Assembly (NCBI RefSeq): GCF_964194025.1
Contig: NC_134481.1
Coordinates: forward strand, 7,068,001 to 7,132,000
DNA length: 64,000 bases
Reading direction: 5' to 3'
From: Convolutriloba macropyga
Taxonomy: Eukaryota
Program-made: the position numbers and the translations under genes
Shown: positions 61,285-64,000 of the stretch, piece by piece
How positions within the stretch are numbered: the first letter of the stretch is position 1
Layout of the letters: each line of letters starts with the position of its first letter
The notes under the pieces: generated by a model
Told to the model about the DNA's origin: nothing
Database searches by the model: none
The model's input: the letters and a program-made list of their open reading frames with translations, nothing else

Positions 61285-63785
61285 AAAGCCCCTCCCCAAC
61301 ACTGGGTGAATATTGGCTGGTTCTGGGGCCCTCCCAGCACTACGTCTTCATAAAGCATTTTCTATTGTTTAAATCTATTGTTTAAATCTCAGCTGAGAAA
61401 GTAAAACAAAAGACAGAGCATTAGAAAACAAACAACGAAAGTAGATGAGTCAAACTAACAGCTTCTATCGAAGCATCAACAACTTCGCGCCGCCTAAGCG
61501 TCCTTGAACCACGAATGCAGAGGATGGAACTCCTCAGGAGAGCAAAGTTGATCTTTGTCTATAGATATGATAAGATATCAGAGTAGCTGTCCTCTTTTCG
61601 CGCAGAGAGCTTTGATGCAAGTTGCTTCAGCGCTTTTCAAGCCGATGGGCCAGCTCCACCAGTGCAAGCGAAGACAAGCGGACAAGAAGGAATTTATTTA
61701 TTCTGGTGATATACATTGTACTTAACTTTTTGCAATCTTAAAGAAATACCACAGCACCTGAAAGGGACCTTCTCTGGGCAATAGTCCCACAGAAGCTAGA
61801 AGCACCACCATAGTTTCTCTCTCAACCTGTTATTCTTTGTTCATATTTGTTCTCTTTAATAGATTCATGGTACTTGTAGGCTTGGCTACTGCTTTCAGGG
61901 CAACAGTTTGCAAGCTGGTTGAAAATTTTCACATCAAAATATGTTTCGTGAAACCTCAATTCCCATAGTCCGTTGGCCTTGATATCTAATCTTGCATCAT
62001 CATCAGTTGTCGTTGATTTGCTGAAGACGTGGTTCGGCTGAACGGCTGAAGACGTGGTTCGATTTCGACATCATGACAGACATCACTTAACAAGTTTGCA
62101 AAGGAATAGCGAAGTTTATGTCTCATTTGCGTGTATCCTCCCGTCGGACAGTGGAGGGCATGTGCCACAGTTAAGTTTTCACTGCATGCGGATAGTGATT
62201 ACATCTTCACTGGGTCCCAGCCAAAACGAAGGGCAACGACATCACGAGACTCGCTTTTCGTTAGGTCAAAGTGATATCAGTTCAATGGCATAGTATTCAA
62301 CCAGCTTGATGCTCCCATTTCACTAGCTAAGTCAAGTGAGTGAATCTCGTTCTTATTCAATTCGCATTTAGTTCTCATCTTTTTTGATTTGATAGCAAGC
62401 TCTTTCTCCTTGTTGATTTCTTGTATGATTTGTTGTTGCTTTAGTTAGCCTTCGGGCAGAGTTAGAGTTAAGGGAGTTGACAGTTGAACTGATTCTTCTT
62501 GTTCCTTAAAGCAGTCTTCAGTTTTAAGGTTTTTCAGGCCTCCCTTATCGGCAACGAAAAGATATTCCTGTATTTTTCATTGTAGGCCGGATTCTTTAAT
62601 AGATTAGGTAAAAGCTCATCGTTGTTTGCTTTCTTGCATTCCCGAAAAATGTCTTCAATAATCGAAGTTGTACAAGCTAAGAAGGCCAATCTATTGAAGT
62701 GAATGATTTATAAACATTTTATGGTGAAACATTAGCATGAGCAGCCAGCTTTTTTAACTCGTCAACTATTTCCAGTTCGTCGTGAGCAAAAGTCTGCTGT
62801 GTTTTTTCAAAAAGATGTTCTTTGGTAATGATGTGGCATTTGGAAAGATTGTAACCAAAAGCAGGACCATATTTTTTCAATGAGTCAAAAATTTTTTTAA
62901 GGTACCAAGAGAGCCCACAGCCTTGCCAATTTTGAACTGAGAAGTAGTCGTTAAGGGGATAATGGCAGTCCCATACATCAACATTGCAAGGGGTCGCCTT
63001 GGGTTGTACTTTTCTGACTGAATAATGTTTGATTGTTAATAAACCAATTTGATGGTTCACGAAAGGAATTACATATGGAATAATAAAAATAAGGACATAC
63101 TTTTTCGATGTTCCGTAAGGCAAAATAACGGTTGAGACTATTGAAAGCGTTTTTCGGTTCGATAAGCAAGATCGGTTCCGAATCTGTGTTTTTAAAAGCA
63201 GCTCTCAATGAATGGATTGCATGTTCAATTCCTCTTTTCTGACCCATACATAATTGCTGATCGCCACCTAGTATCTTATGGTCGGTTTTAATACATTTGA
63301 CAGTAGTTTTTTCAATAATTTGCCTAAATATTTCCCCAACTCCTATCGGTCGTACACCAGGTTATTTATCAAGAGCTATCAACCAACACAAATTAAATGG
63401 AAAAAAGTCAAATGAGACTTAGCTATACGTATTGCTAGTTTTGCATAGATCAGTTTGGCATAGATCAGTTGAGGACGAGCAAAAAGAAGTCAGAAGCCTT
63501 CGCCATTCGTTGGCATCAAGACCGGAAGGGCAATGGCTTTCATGCGTCTTCATGGCAGACTTTCTAACCATTGAGGCGTTGAGTTTTGCAATTGTTGATT
63601 GATGGTATGGTAAACTTGTTGGACGCTCAGTACCCACTAGGTAATTTAATTTTGCTTCGCGTGGTTCCGGGTGTTTCTCGCGTAAATTATCAAGAACTAT
63701 TTTCTTGTCAACTTTGTAAGGTGACATGTGCTTAGTTAAGGTAAAATCAGGTTCATATGGATGTCTTTTTGATAAACGCAAAAAA
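61285..63785 (-). mobile_element. Degraded CRE-clade (RLE) non-LTR retrotransposon: RT + CCHC zinc finger + restriction-like endonuclease
   Basis: PSGLDANEWRR, VRPIGVGE, GIEHAIHSLR, KNAFNSLNR, TTQGDPL, HALHCPTGG..RH, DVEIEP.LQP, FDVKIF, PLVFACTGGAGPS and LRSSILCIRGSRT. Many frameshifts. Confidence 0.85.
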
Positions 63786-63899
63786 GAGACCGGATAATGC
63801 TTGTATTTTGTATGTACAAGCTGTTTAAAAAATCACCAAAAGTACGAGGGGAAACAAAAAGCAAAAATTTCTGCGAATAAAAACAAAAAGCTAAATAAA

Positions 63900-64000
63900 G
63901 AAATGCCCTTCCTCAACACTGGGTGAATGTTCACTGGCCCGGTTCCCTCTTAGAACTAATGTCTTCATAAGTAATTTTATCATCGTTTAGATCTATCAAT
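63900..64000 (-). mobile_element. 3' end of a further CRE-clade copy running off the window edge
   Basis: CCTCAACACTGGGTGAAT...ACTAATGTCTTCATAA matches 61292-61352. Confidence 0.55.

Overview
AT-rich, intron-containing animal (probably invertebrate) genomic DNA, dominated by repeats and mobile elements. One host gene is recognisable: a two-exon TCF19-like FHA+PHD gene on the minus strand (13565-18266). A 4.1-4.3 kb tandem duplication has added an upstream copy of its promoter and FHA exon without the PHD finger. The 16-40.5 kb region holds four separate tandem duplications (4.2 kb x2, ~0.62 kb x3+, 607 bp x2, 2.5 kb x3). The centrepiece is a 9.7 kb Polinton/Maverick (42325-52059) with AGTAGT termini, a perfect 6-bp TSD (GCCACA) and ~480-bp TIRs. 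It has an intact integrase and packaging ATPase, a broken penton, and several accessory ORFs (PC4-like, PLA2-like, 2-TM). pPolB, major capsid and protease are absent; the penton is fused directly to the left repeat array. Both ends carry arrays of ~110-128 bp units: a hairpin-forming core plus interchangeable modules bearing either AP-1/bZIP motifs or nuclear-receptor IR1 motifs. Other elements are a spliced SGNH-hydrolase pseudogene between inverted repeats, a MITE, a 1.8 kb near-spacerless palindrome, an RNase H-bearing LINE with an (AG)29 tail, degraded CR1/L2 pieces and several CRE-clade retrotransposon copies. All family assignments come from motif recognition by eye; no database searches were run.
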